Below are positions 56,009-64,000 of a stretch of 64,000 bases of DNA, piece after piece (position 1 is the stretch's first letter; each line of letters begins with the position of its first letter). The stretch is from Balneolales bacterium (GTDB lineage Bacteria > Bacteroidota > Rhodothermia > Balneolales > HLUCCA01). The notes under the pieces were generated by a model. That model worked only from the letters and a program-made list of their open reading frames with translations, was not told the origin of the DNA and searched no databases. The position numbers and the translations under genes were made by a program. Location: positions 4,806 to 68,805 of the forward strand of contig JANJTJ010000093.1 of the NCBI GenBank assembly GCA_024711145.1. The letters run 5' to 3'.

Positions 56009-56649
56009 GTACCGTGTATCCCATCGCCATCGTGGAAGACAATGTCAAAATCCGCGACCTCATCCAACAGTTCCTGAACCTGCAGCCCGACATGGCCTGT
56101 CCGGTGGCCGTGGGTTCGGTGGAAGCCCTGCTCGGGAAGATCAAGGAAGGCTTCATGCCGCAGATCGTGCTCATGGATATCGACCTGGAGGGCATGTCGG
56201 GCATAGACGGCATGAAGCTGATCCGTGGGCAATATCCCGACGTGGAGATCATCATGCTCACCGTGTACCACGATTCCCACAAGATCTTCAACTCGTTGCG
56301 GGCGGGGGCCAGCGGGTACCTGCTCAAACATACCTCCCTGCCCGAAATCAAGGAAGCCATCGATGTGGTGCTGGCCGGCGGCTCGCCCATGTCGCCCCAG
56401 ATCGCCCGCAAAGTGATCGCCCATTTCAACGCCCCCGAAGACGCCGTCGAAAAACCCGACTCCGGCCTGACCGCGCGCGAGCAGGAAATCGTGGTGGGCC
56501 TGGTGGACGGCCTCAGCTACAAGATGATCGCAGACCGCATGGACATCAGCATCGACACCGTCCGGGCGCACATCCGCAACATCTACAAGAAGCTGCATGT
56601 GAACTCCAAGGCGGAGGTCATCGCGAAATCGCTCCGGGGCGAGATATGA
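56005..56649 (+). CDS. Two-component response regulator, NarL/FixJ (LuxR HTH) family
   Basis: Start MSTVYPIAIVEDN at 56005 (ATGA overlap with the kinase stop). IVLMDIDLEGMSG, GYLLK, LTAREQEIVVGLVDGLSYKMIADRMDISIDTVRAHIRNIYKKLHV. Confidence 0.9.
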   Translation: MSTVYPIAIVEDNVKIRDLIQQFLNLQPDMACPVAVGSVEALLGKIKEGFMPQIVLMDIDLEGMSGIDGMKLIRGQYPDVEIIMLTVYHDSHKIFNSLRAGASGYLLKHTSLPEIKEAIDVVLAGGSPMSPQIARKVIAHFNAPEDAVEKPDSGLTAREQEIVVGLVDGLSYKMIADRMDISIDTVRAHIRNIYKKLHVNSKAEVIAKSLRGEI

Positions 56650-56749
56650 GGTGTTCGCATCATGATGTGATGGGTTTGAAGCCGTCTGAGCGCTAACATG
56701 CCTTCAGACAGGATCGTACCCTGACCCTGAACCCGACCCGGAGGATACC

Positions 56750-57802
56750 ATGAAACACACGACGCTCTTCGCCACCAGCCTACCCCTGATGCTCCTGCTC
56801 AGCGGGTGCTATACCCAACTGCAGGTGGCCGATCCCGAGCCCCGCTATCGGGCATCCTACCGGGCCGACGACAGCCGCCCTGTCGAGCGCTACGACCAGG
56901 ACACGGACGAGGCCTACCTCGAGGAAGAGGAAGCCGAGACCTATGCCTACCGCCCCAGCCTGCGCGACCGCGAGCGGGCCCTTTGGACCGACCGCGACGC
57001 GTACACCGAAGGCTGGTACGACGGGTACGATGAGGGGTATGAGGACGCCCTCTACGATTACAAGCGGCACCGCTGGTATTCGCGCCATTACGATCCCTGG
57101 TACTACGAACCGCATTGGCATGGCCATGTGTCGGTAGCTTGGGTTTGGCATTGGGGCTGGCGTCCGGTGTATTCGCACTACAGCTATCCCTACCATCCGT
57201 ACTATGGGTGGCACGGGTACTACGGTTATTCCGGCCCGGGCTGGGTAACCTACAATTACTACTATTACGACGACAATCCGGGCACGAACCCGGGTAACGG
57301 CAACGGCCGCGTGCGCAACCAGGGTCCGCGCGAAAGCGGCAGCCAGCCGGTTGCCCGCGAGAACCGGGGTACCCGCCGCACCGATCCGGGCGTGCGGGGC
57401 GAAACCCGCGACAACACGCCCCGCGACCGTGGCACCGTAACCCGCACCCCGCGCACCACCCGCACGCCCGACCGTGGTACCGTGGAGCGTACGCCGACCA
57501 CCCGCACCCCGCGCACCCAACCCCGCACCGAGCGGGAACGCCCGCGCCGCGACGATGGCGACCAGGCCCGTACGCAACCGCGTACCGAGCGGCAGGAGGA
57601 GCGCCGCGAGCAACCGCGTACCGAACAACGCACGGAGCGCCGCGAGCAACCGCGTACGCAGACCCGTACCGAGCCGCGCACCGAGCGCAAGCAGGAACCC
57701 CGATCCCAGCCGCGGGTGGAGCGCACCGAGCGCAAAACCCCTGCCACCCCGGCCCGATCCTCCTCGTCGTCGAATTCCGGCGAACGCCGCCGTCGCAACT
57801 AA
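56750..57802 (+). CDS. Lipoprotein with acidic segment, Tyr/Trp/His-dense core and Arg-rich repeat tail; function unknown
   Basis: GGAGGA 7 nt upstream. Lipobox MKHTTLFATSLPLMLLLSGC. Core WYDGYDEGYEDALYDYKRHRWYSRHYDPWYYEPHWHGHVSVAWVWHWGWRPVYSHYSYPYHPYYGWHGYYGYSGPGWVTYNYYYYDD. The tail has degenerate repeats ERREQPRTEQRT / ERREQPRTQTRT / EPRTERKQEPRS and ends GERRRRN. Confidence 0.6.
   Translation: MKHTTLFATSLPLMLLLSGCYTQLQVADPEPRYRASYRADDSRPVERYDQDTDEAYLEEEEAETYAYRPSLRDRERALWTDRDAYTEGWYDGYDEGYEDALYDYKRHRWYSRHYDPWYYEPHWHGHVSVAWVWHWGWRPVYSHYSYPYHPYYGWHGYYGYSGPGWVTYNYYYYDDNPGTNPGNGNGRVRNQGPRESGSQPVARENRGTRRTDPGVRGETRDNTPRDRGTVTRTPRTTRTPDRGTVERTPTTRTPRTQPRTERERPRRDDGDQARTQPRTERQEERREQPRTEQRTERREQPRTQTRTEPRTERKQEPRSQPRVERTERKTPATPARSSSSSNSGERRRRN
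57421..57735 (+). repeat. In-frame degenerate tandem repeats (36-nt / 12-codon period) inside the lipoprotein gene
   Basis: CAACCGCGTAC recurs at 57575, 57611 and 57647 (36-nt spacing). The 23-mer GAGCGCCGCGAGCAACCGCGTAC occurs at 57599-57621 and 57635-57657. An upstream pair encodes DRGTVTRTPRTTRTP / DRGTVERTPTTRTPRT. Confidence 0.7.
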
Positions 57803-57821
57803 CCCTTAGTTCACACTTCTC

Positions 57822-59183
57822 ATGAACACGCGCATCCTGCTACTCACAGCGGGCCTGGCCCTCGCTGCGTCCGCCCTCCACGCCCAAAACCGGTTCGACG
57901 CCCTCCGCTATGGGAACTACCAACCGTCGGATCCGACCAGCGTGGTGCTCAACCCCGCATCGGCGGCGCTCACATCCCATTCGTATTTCAGATTCTCCCT
58001 GGGGAATCGGGAAGTGGATGAGGACGGCACCTTCCGGGCCACCACTACCGGGTTCAACGACAACCAGGCCGCCATATCCGACCTTCAGTTCGTTGTCAAG
58101 ATGCCCACCCTGGTCGGTTCCATGGTGTTCGGTGCCGGTTACACCCAACTCACCGATTTCAACAAGGCCTGGTCGGCCGGGGCGTACAATCCCGACAACT
58201 CCATCATGGATTATGTGATCGGTGCGTCGGACCAATACTTCCTGCCCGCCTTCAACACCTATGCCATCGATACGGTGGGTGGCGAATACTACACCGTGTA
58301 CGAACTGGCCGGATTCGGGGGCATAGACCAATACATCGAAACCTACGAACGGGGCCAGATGGGCGAATACAACATCCATTTCGCCACCGAATTCCAGAAA
58401 AACCTGTTCCTGGGTGCCAGCATCGGGCTTCCGGCCGGGCATTACAGCTACAAACGGTCGTTTCTGGAAGAAGACATCGACGGCATCTACACCCAATCGC
58501 CCGACGACATCGACGCCATCATCGTGGACGACCGCATAGACGCCACCATCCGCGGGTTCAACGCCCGCCTGGGCCTGCTCTACAAACCGGCGGCCAACGC
58601 TTCGGTGGGGGTCAGTTATACCACCCGCACCCGCCTGTCCATCGACGAAGTGTACAGCACGCGTTTCCAGACCGAGTTCAAAACACTCGATGCCTACGAA
58701 GATACCTACGAAGGCGAGATCAACTACACGGTTTCCCTGCCTTCCCGTGTGGCGGTAACCGGTACCTACGACGCCGGCCCGTTCGCCGTGGCCGCCGCCG
58801 TGGAGCGGGTGAACTACGGCCGCATCGAGATGGACGGGCTCGGGCCCCGCATCGGTCGTGAGGAGAATTCCGCCATCCGTACCGAATTCCGCGATGTGCT
58901 CAACTGGCAGGTGAACGCCAGCTTCAATATGGGCAATCTGAAACCGCGTTTCGGCTATGCCCTGCAATCGGCCCCCACCCAGGCTGCCACTACGGTAGAC
59001 ACCCAATACATGAGCGGTGGCTTCGCCATCGACCTGGGCAGCGACATGGTGCTCGACCTGGGCGTGCGTTACAATACCACCGAAGGCCGCGAAGTGCTCT
59101 ACGGGTTCGGGTCCACCACCGAAGCGGTGGACCGTACCGGCACCAAGTGGTTCACCAGCGTAGGCCTCAAGATCGGCTTCTGA
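57822..59183 (+). CDS. Outer-membrane beta-barrel protein, FadL/PorV-like (putative)
   Basis: Signal peptide MNTRILLLTAGLALAASALHAQ, then NRFDALRYG, an alternating beta-strand pattern, and a C-terminus ...WFTSVGLKIGF ending in Phe. Family assignment is tentative. Confidence 0.55.
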   Translation: MNTRILLLTAGLALAASALHAQNRFDALRYGNYQPSDPTSVVLNPASAALTSHSYFRFSLGNREVDEDGTFRATTTGFNDNQAAISDLQFVVKMPTLVGSMVFGAGYTQLTDFNKAWSAGAYNPDNSIMDYVIGASDQYFLPAFNTYAIDTVGGEYYTVYELAGFGGIDQYIETYERGQMGEYNIHFATEFQKNLFLGASIGLPAGHYSYKRSFLEEDIDGIYTQSPDDIDAIIVDDRIDATIRGFNARLGLLYKPAANASVGVSYTTRTRLSIDEVYSTRFQTEFKTLDAYEDTYEGEINYTVSLPSRVAVTGTYDAGPFAVAAAVERVNYGRIEMDGLGPRIGREENSAIRTEFRDVLNWQVNASFNMGNLKPRFGYALQSAPTQAATTVDTQYMSGGFAIDLGSDMVLDLGVRYNTTEGREVLYGFGSTTEAVDRTGTKWFTSVGLKIGF

Positions 59184-59189
59184 GCCGAC

Positions 59190-60050
59190 CTATATCTTCG
59201 GATGCACGGCCAGCACGGTGGTTTCCGCATGGCGGACCACCTGCGCGGCCGTGCTTCCCAGCATCAGGTAATCGAGCCCGGTTTTGCCCACCGTGGCCAT
59301 CACCACCAAGGGATAGGCTTTTTCTTTGATGAGGCGGGTAAGGGCTTCGTGCGGCGTATGGGCCGTGCGGATGACCATGGCGCCGGCCATCACACCGGCC
59401 GGCACATGGGTGGCGATCAACGCCTCCACCGAGGCCCTCCGGTCGCTTTCCATGCCGTCGTAGCCGCGCCCGCTTTCCAGGGCGCCGGTTTCCAGCACAT
59501 GCACCACATCCAGGGTGGCGCCCACGGCCCGAGCCCACTTGGCCGCAATCGGAATCGCCGCTATGGAGGCATCGGAAAGGTCGGTAGTCACCAGGATGCG
59601 ATCCAAGGGCAGGAGGTCCACACCCCGACCGGCCACCAGAACCGGCACCGGCGACACACGGATGATCTTTTCGGTAACCGAGCCCAGCAGTAGCCGGGTG
59701 AGGCCCGTGCGGCCGTGGGAGGTGAGGCACACCAGGTCCGCATCGGCGGCGGCTTCCTGGATGGCGAAGGCGGCATTGCCGATGCCGATGCGGCCCGGAC
59801 TCCGATGCGCGGCATCCACATGGCGGGCCGCGATCTCATCCAGCCGTTCGCGGATGGAAGCCTCCACGGCCTCGTAATCCACATGGCCGGCCACGCCTAC
59901 CCCGGTGTAGTAGAAGCTGTCCATTTCCGATACCGGCAGATAGGCATGGAACGGAATGACGGTGCCGCCGAACCAGTCGGCCACCCGGGCCGCATGTTCG
60001 AAAGCCAACTGGCTGAATTCGCTGAAATCGGTAGGTACGAGGATCCGCAT
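59190..60050 (-). CDS. Universal stress protein, tandem UspA domains
   Basis: 286 aa. MRILVPTDFSEFS...LVCLTSHGRTGLTRLLLGSVTEKIIR and a second copy ILVTTDLSD...LVVMATVGKTGLDYLMLGSTAAQVVR. Confidence 0.85.
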   Translation of the reverse strand: MRILVPTDFSEFSQLAFEHAARVADWFGGTVIPFHAYLPVSEMDSFYYTGVGVAGHVDYEAVEASIRERLDEIAARHVDAAHRSPGRIGIGNAAFAIQEAAADADLVCLTSHGRTGLTRLLLGSVTEKIIRVSPVPVLVAGRGVDLLPLDRILVTTDLSDASIAAIPIAAKWARAVGATLDVVHVLETGALESGRGYDGMESDRRASVEALIATHVPAGVMAGAMVIRTAHTPHEALTRLIKEKAYPLVVMATVGKTGLDYLMLGSTAAQVVRHAETTVLAVHPKI

Positions 60051-60148
60051 GGCATTGGAGGTCTAAAGGTTCATGTTGGCGGTTGTATCCATCCACAATA
60101 TGGGCATTCGCAGACCACTCCACTTGCCCGAATTGCCACCTTTCTTGC

Positions 60149-61201
60149 TTAGAACCAACGCATGCGCCGGAACCCGATCAACATGCCTGCGGCCAGCCCC
60201 ACCATGATGACCCACAGTACCGGGTAGGCCCAGGGCCAGGCCAGTTCGGGCATGTGCTCGAAATTCATGCCGTACACCCCCACCAGAAAGGTGAGGGGTA
60301 TGAATACGGTGCTGATGACGGTGAGCACTTTCATGACCGCGTTCATGCGGATGCCCGCCTGGGCGGTCCAACTGTCGAGCAGGGACACACAGATGTCGGT
60401 GGCGTGCTCGCATCCCGAAACGGCACGGTCCACATGGTCCGAGACATCCCGCAGGTATGGCGATACCTCTCCGGTCATGAAGGGCAATTCGGAACGCCCC
60501 AGGCTGGCCAGCACATCGCGCAGGGGGGAGGTGTCCCGCCGGATATGGGTCAGGTCCCGCCGGATGCGGTGGATGCGGCGGTAATCGGCGGACTCCGGGT
60601 TCACGAACAAGCGCTCTTCGATGGTTTCCAATTCGGCATACAGGTCGTCCAGCACCGCCAGGGCCTGGTCCACGGCCACATCCACCAGGGCATAGGCCAG
60701 GTAATCGGCTCCGGCCTTGCGCAGGCGGGTGCGGGGGTCCTGCAACCGCTGGTTCACGGCATCGAAGGCCGGATGGTCCTGTTCGTGGAAACTGATGACG
60801 CAATCTTTCGAGATGATCAGACTCACCTGCTCGGTCTCCAACCGTCGGGTACCCGGCAGGTCCCGGGGCATGCGGAAGGTGAGGAAGGCGTAATCGTCGT
60901 AAGCTTCCCACTTGGGCCGCTGGCGGGTGCTCAACACATCTTCCATGACCAACGGATGCACGTCGATGCGCTGACCCAATGCGGCGATGGGCTCGATCTC
61001 GTGCAACCCGGTGATCCGGATCCAGCTCACATCGCCCGCTTTCCCCAGCGATGCGAACACGTCGTGCATGGTGGCGGCCGGGTTGTCGACCAGGCTTTCG
61101 GCCGTGTAATCCATCACCCGGATGTGTTGGATATCGGTTTTCCGGTCGCCCGTGTGCACCAGGGTGCCCGGGGCCAATCCCCGCTTGTGTCGGTTAGCCA
61201 T
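60149..61201 (-). CDS. corA: Magnesium/cobalt transporter CorA
   Basis: 350 aa. C-terminal TM pair with the YGMNFEHMPEL (GMN) signature. Confidence 0.9.
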   Translation of the reverse strand: MANRHKRGLAPGTLVHTGDRKTDIQHIRVMDYTAESLVDNPAATMHDVFASLGKAGDVSWIRITGLHEIEPIAALGQRIDVHPLVMEDVLSTRQRPKWEAYDDYAFLTFRMPRDLPGTRRLETEQVSLIISKDCVISFHEQDHPAFDAVNQRLQDPRTRLRKAGADYLAYALVDVAVDQALAVLDDLYAELETIEERLFVNPESADYRRIHRIRRDLTHIRRDTSPLRDVLASLGRSELPFMTGEVSPYLRDVSDHVDRAVSGCEHATDICVSLLDSWTAQAGIRMNAVMKVLTVISTVFIPLTFLVGVYGMNFEHMPELAWPWAYPVLWVIMVGLAAGMLIGFRRMRWF

Positions 61202-61236
61202 ACCGGCATTTTAGGCAAAAAACCCTATTTTCGGGC

Positions 61237-61998
61237 ATGTTTTCCGATACCGCCCGCCCGTGGGACCCCTTCGGCGTTCCGGAAGAAGCCCTGGTCCGCA
61301 AAGACATCGGCCCGCTCACCTTGTGGTTCCGCCGCGAATCGGGTGAACTGCACGTGGCCTCCACCCACAACGCCGGCCCCGACACCCACCCGGCCTCCTG
61401 GAGCCGGTACGTGCTTCGCGAATCGGACACCCGGGTGCGCTTGGTTCCCCTCATGCCCGACAAGCCGGCCGTGGTGCGGTCCGAATTCCCCTTCCATCTG
61501 CTCAGAGGTACCCGGGCCAAAATCTATACCCGCATTCCGTGCTGGGTAGGGGTGGAGGTGGTCGGTTCGGGGCTGCCCGTGCGCCTGCACGAAGTACCCT
61601 CGCAGAACCTGTCCAACACCTGGTTCGGCGATTTCGTGGGTGGCGAGCTCTGCTATTGGGTGGCCACCTCGGCCCGGCGGGAAATGCCGCTCGAGCTCAT
61701 TCAAGACCACCATATCGTCTGCATTCTGGATATCCGGAACGAATCGGAACGGAACCTGCAGATCGAGAAACTCTCGCTGCGCACCGAACGCCTGAGCATT
61801 TTCCGGCACAACGGCCGACTCTGGGCCGACGATACCCAGGTGGTTTTCGACGATGATGCCGAAAGCGCCGAAATACGGAACGACGGCCTGGCACCGGCCG
61901 AACTGCCCGGCGCCGAAAAGTTGAGCGATGCCCGCCTACCCCATAAGAAAGGGCTGGCCGAACGCGCCATGTACCTGTTCAAAGAAGCCACGGAGTGA
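61237..61998 (+). CDS. Hypothetical cytoplasmic protein (253 aa), coupled to the MscS-type channel gene
   Basis: MFSDTARPWDPFGVPEEALVRKDIGPLTLWFRRESGELHV... No signal peptide, no TM helix, and no family I can name with confidence. Its stop TGA is at 61996-61998. Confidence 0.5.
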   Translation: MFSDTARPWDPFGVPEEALVRKDIGPLTLWFRRESGELHVASTHNAGPDTHPASWSRYVLRESDTRVRLVPLMPDKPAVVRSEFPFHLLRGTRAKIYTRIPCWVGVEVVGSGLPVRLHEVPSQNLSNTWFGDFVGGELCYWVATSARREMPLELIQDHHIVCILDIRNESERNLQIEKLSLRTERLSIFRHNGRLWADDTQVVFDDDAESAEIRNDGLAPAELPGAEKLSDARLPHKKGLAERAMYLFKEATE

Positions 61999-62804
61999 TC
62001 ATGGAATTGGGAGCCCTGGAAGCCTATTTCACCCCGGAATTCATCCAACGGTTGATAAAGGGATTCATCTTTCTGGCCATCGCCCTGCCGGTGCTCTACA
62101 TGGTGCGTCGCGCCGTGCGCAATTGGGTGACCAAACAGCACAGCGCCCACTATGGCATGCTGGCCAGCAAAATCCTGGGGTATGTGCTCATGGTGATCGT
62201 GCTCGTGGTCTTCCTGACCGAACTCGGGTTCAGTCTGGGGCCGTTGTTGGGCGCCGCCGGCGTGTTCGGTGTGGCCATCGGGTTCGCGGCGCAGACCAGC
62301 GTATCCAACATCATCTCCGGGTTCTTCCTCATCGCGGAAAAACCCTTCGTGGTGGGCGATGTGATCCAGGTGGGCGGCACCACGGGCGTGGTGCTCAGCA
62401 TCGACACCCTGTCGGCCAAGCTGCGCACCTTCGACAACCGGTTCGTCCGCATTCCGAACGAAATCCTGATCAAGTCGGAGGTGACCACCCTTACCCGTTT
62501 CCCCATCCGCCGCATCGATTTGTCGGTAGGGGTGGCCTACAAGGAAGACCTGGCCAAGGTGAAACAGGTGCTGCTGGGTATCGCCAACGACCATCCGCTG
62601 GCCTTGCAGGAACCCGCACCCCAGGTCAATTTCCAATCGTTCGGTCCATCCAGTGTGGATTTCATGTTCCTGGTATGGACCACCAAGGAGCATTTCATCC
62701 AGGTGAAGAACGAACTGAACGAGTCGATCAAGCGCCGGTTCGACGAGGAAGGCATCGAAATCCCCTTCCCGCAGCAGACGGTGCACATCGCCTCGGACGA
62801 CTGA
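61995..62804 (+). CDS. mscS: Small-conductance mechanosensitive channel (MscS family)
   Basis: GTG 61995 overlaps the upstream stop. The alternative ATG at 62001 is 2 nt after it. Three TM helices, then ...FGVAIGFAAQTSVSNIISGFFLIAEKPFVVGDVIQVGGTTGVVLSIDTLSAKLRTFDNRFVRIPNE..., the MscS pore helix and beta domain. Confidence 0.85.
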   Translation: MIMELGALEAYFTPEFIQRLIKGFIFLAIALPVLYMVRRAVRNWVTKQHSAHYGMLASKILGYVLMVIVLVVFLTELGFSLGPLLGAAGVFGVAIGFAAQTSVSNIISGFFLIAEKPFVVGDVIQVGGTTGVVLSIDTLSAKLRTFDNRFVRIPNEILIKSEVTTLTRFPIRRIDLSVGVAYKEDLAKVKQVLLGIANDHPLALQEPAPQVNFQSFGPSSVDFMFLVWTTKEHFIQVKNELNESIKRRFDEEGIEIPFPQQTVHIASDD

Positions 62805-62821
62805 GGTCGGATTCGGATCGG

Positions 62822-63535
62822 CTACCAGGGCCGCGTGAAAGGCAATCGGATCCGTTCCGCATCGGGCGAGGCGAGGGTCATCTCCCGTTTGCCCAGGGCG
62901 CCGGGCGCCCGCGCCACCTGCCAACCGGCCGCCGCCATGGCCCGGCGCGGTGCGCTGGCCGCGCCATAGGTGCTCAGCAGGGCGTCTGGCGCCGACACCC
63001 GCCTGAGCTCGGCGAAGGCTTCTTCGCTCCATAGTTCGGGCGATGCGGCCGGACTGAAAGGATCGTGCAGCACATGGGTGGCGGGGGGGAGGTCCGCCTC
63101 GGACCAATGCGCCATGCCATCGGCGAAATCGCCCACCCAGATGTGCAGGTCGATGCGGGAATCCCACTCCGGTCGGTTCCACCCCGGTTTCAACCCGGCG
63201 AAGAGCTCCACCAGGCGCCCGGTACCCGGGTAGTTCAAGGTGCGGGCGGTTTCCTCATCCAACGGGAATTTCTCGAAGGTCGCATAGCTGTGGCCCTGGC
63301 TGCCGACCGCGTCCACATATTCGCTGAAAAGCAGCAGGTTGAGGCCGGTGCCGAACCCCACTTCGAGGATGCGGACCGGCCGACCGGCCTGCAGGTCGGC
63401 ACAGACTCCGCCCCGGTCGAAGAAGACTTCGCGGCTTTCGGCTTCGGCCCCGTTGGGGTTGTGGTAGTACTGCCCGAACCGCTCCGACCACAGCGTGGAG
63501 GAGCCGTCGCGGGTGATGTGCGGTTTCAGGCTCAC
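62822..63535 (-). CDS. mnmD: tRNA (mnm5s2U34) methyltransferase, MnmC-methyltransferase-domain/MnmD-like
   Basis: GTG start (complement of 63533-63535), GTGA overlap with the upstream stop. ...TRDGSSTLWSERFGQYYH..., SAM motif ILEVGFGTGLN, and HDPFSPAASPELWS. Confidence 0.75.
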   Translation of the reverse strand: MSLKPHITRDGSSTLWSERFGQYYHNPNGAEAESREVFFDRGGVCADLQAGRPVRILEVGFGTGLNLLLFSEYVDAVGSQGHSYATFEKFPLDEETARTLNYPGTGRLVELFAGLKPGWNRPEWDSRIDLHIWVGDFADGMAHWSEADLPPATHVLHDPFSPAASPELWSEEAFAELRRVSAPDALLSTYGAASAPRRAMAAAGWQVARAPGALGKREMTLASPDAERIRLPFTRPW

Positions 63536-64000
63536 GTATGCGCTTCGGTCATGCGCAGGATGGTCATGATATCGTCGCGCGTCACCGGCCCGAGCGCGTT
63601 GATCTGGCTGCCGTTGCCATAGACCCGCACGGTGTGGTCGGCCACATCGCCGAAGCGGGACTCCGGCACTCCCACGGCCGAGGCCGATTGCCATAAGCCG
63701 TTGGCCTTGAGCCACACGTTGAAGGCGCTGAGGAAATCGTCGGTGCCGAACAGGGCCTGACCCAGTTTCATGAAGCGTCCCCGGGCGCGGTCCTGGTCCC
63801 ACATCCAACGGAAATAGGCAGGGTAGAGGGTGGCCAGGCCGCGGCCATGCGCCAGCGCCGGGTTCACGCCACTCATGCCGTGCTCGATGTCGTGCATGGC
63901 GAAGGCCGCCGGTTGCCGGCCCGCCGTCTGGAACCCATTGAGCGCGCAGCAGGAAGCCCAGAGCAGGTCGCCCCGGAAGGCCTCGTTGCGCAGGTCGGTG
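63532..64000 (-). CDS. Iron-containing alcohol dehydrogenase, C-terminal part (N-terminus beyond the window edge)
   Basis: The reverse frame is open from the window end: ...LWASCCALNGFQTAGRQPAAFAMHDIEHGMSGVNPALAHGRGLATLYPAYF... This is the Fe-ADH metal-binding His region. Stop at 63532-63534. Confidence 0.8.
   Translation of the reverse strand, partial: TDLRNEAFRGDLLWASCCALNGFQTAGRQPAAFAMHDIEHGMSGVNPALAHGRGLATLYPAYFRWMWDQDRARGRFMKLGQALFGTDDFLSAFNVWLKANGLWQSASAVGVPESRFGDVADHTVRVYGNGSQINALGPVTRDDIMTILRMTEAHT

Overview
GC-rich bacterial chromosome segment (G+C looks mid-60s %, judged by eye, not computed), densely packed with 50+ genes. Almost every intergenic gap is under 130 nt. I found no tRNA, rRNA, CRISPR array, transposase, integrase or phage genes. 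The lineage is probably Bacteroidota/Rhodothermota-like. This is an inference from three proteins with T9SS C-terminal sorting domains, a short (293 aa) Bacteroidetes-type primary sigma factor, a nuoJKLMN block separated from the rest of complex I, and usable Shine-Dalgarno sites. Most of the window is housekeeping: rpsT, cmk, rpsA, nadA, uppP, nuoJ-N, rpsF-rpsR-rplI, thiL, ftsH, queD-folE2, a Kgd-type sucA, pepF, deoB, sigA, gpmI, corA, mscS and mnmD. The track's many long antisense or out-of-frame ORFs are stop-codon-poor artefacts of high G+C. Candidates worth a second look, best first: (1) a four-gene, translationally coupled envelope polysaccharide module at 967-6352, made of a POTRA-less Omp85-type barrel, two processive membrane GT2 synthases and a Wzi-like barrel; (2) a lipoprotein with a Tyr/Trp/His-dense core and an Arg-rich 12-aa-repeat tail, followed by a FadL/PorV-like barrel, downstream of a propeller sensor kinase/LuxR pair (56750-59183); (3) a TonB-dependent receptor paired with a T9SS-sorted DD.F(E/D)W-repeat protein and no SusD (38052-42639); (4) a minus-strand cluster in which one propeller kinase, two LuxR regulators and a small coupled ORF bracket a T9SS-secreted DUF3494 (ice-binding fold) protein (6360-12125); (5) a GAF plus degenerate-GGDEF-like protein overlapping both pepF and deoB. 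Smaller observations are a frameshifted T9SS deacetylase-like gene, strong intrinsic terminators sitting 11-20 nt before the next start codon, and an approximately 31% G+C gap next to an orphan MoxR. All family assignments come from motif recognition by eye and need HMM or structure confirmation.
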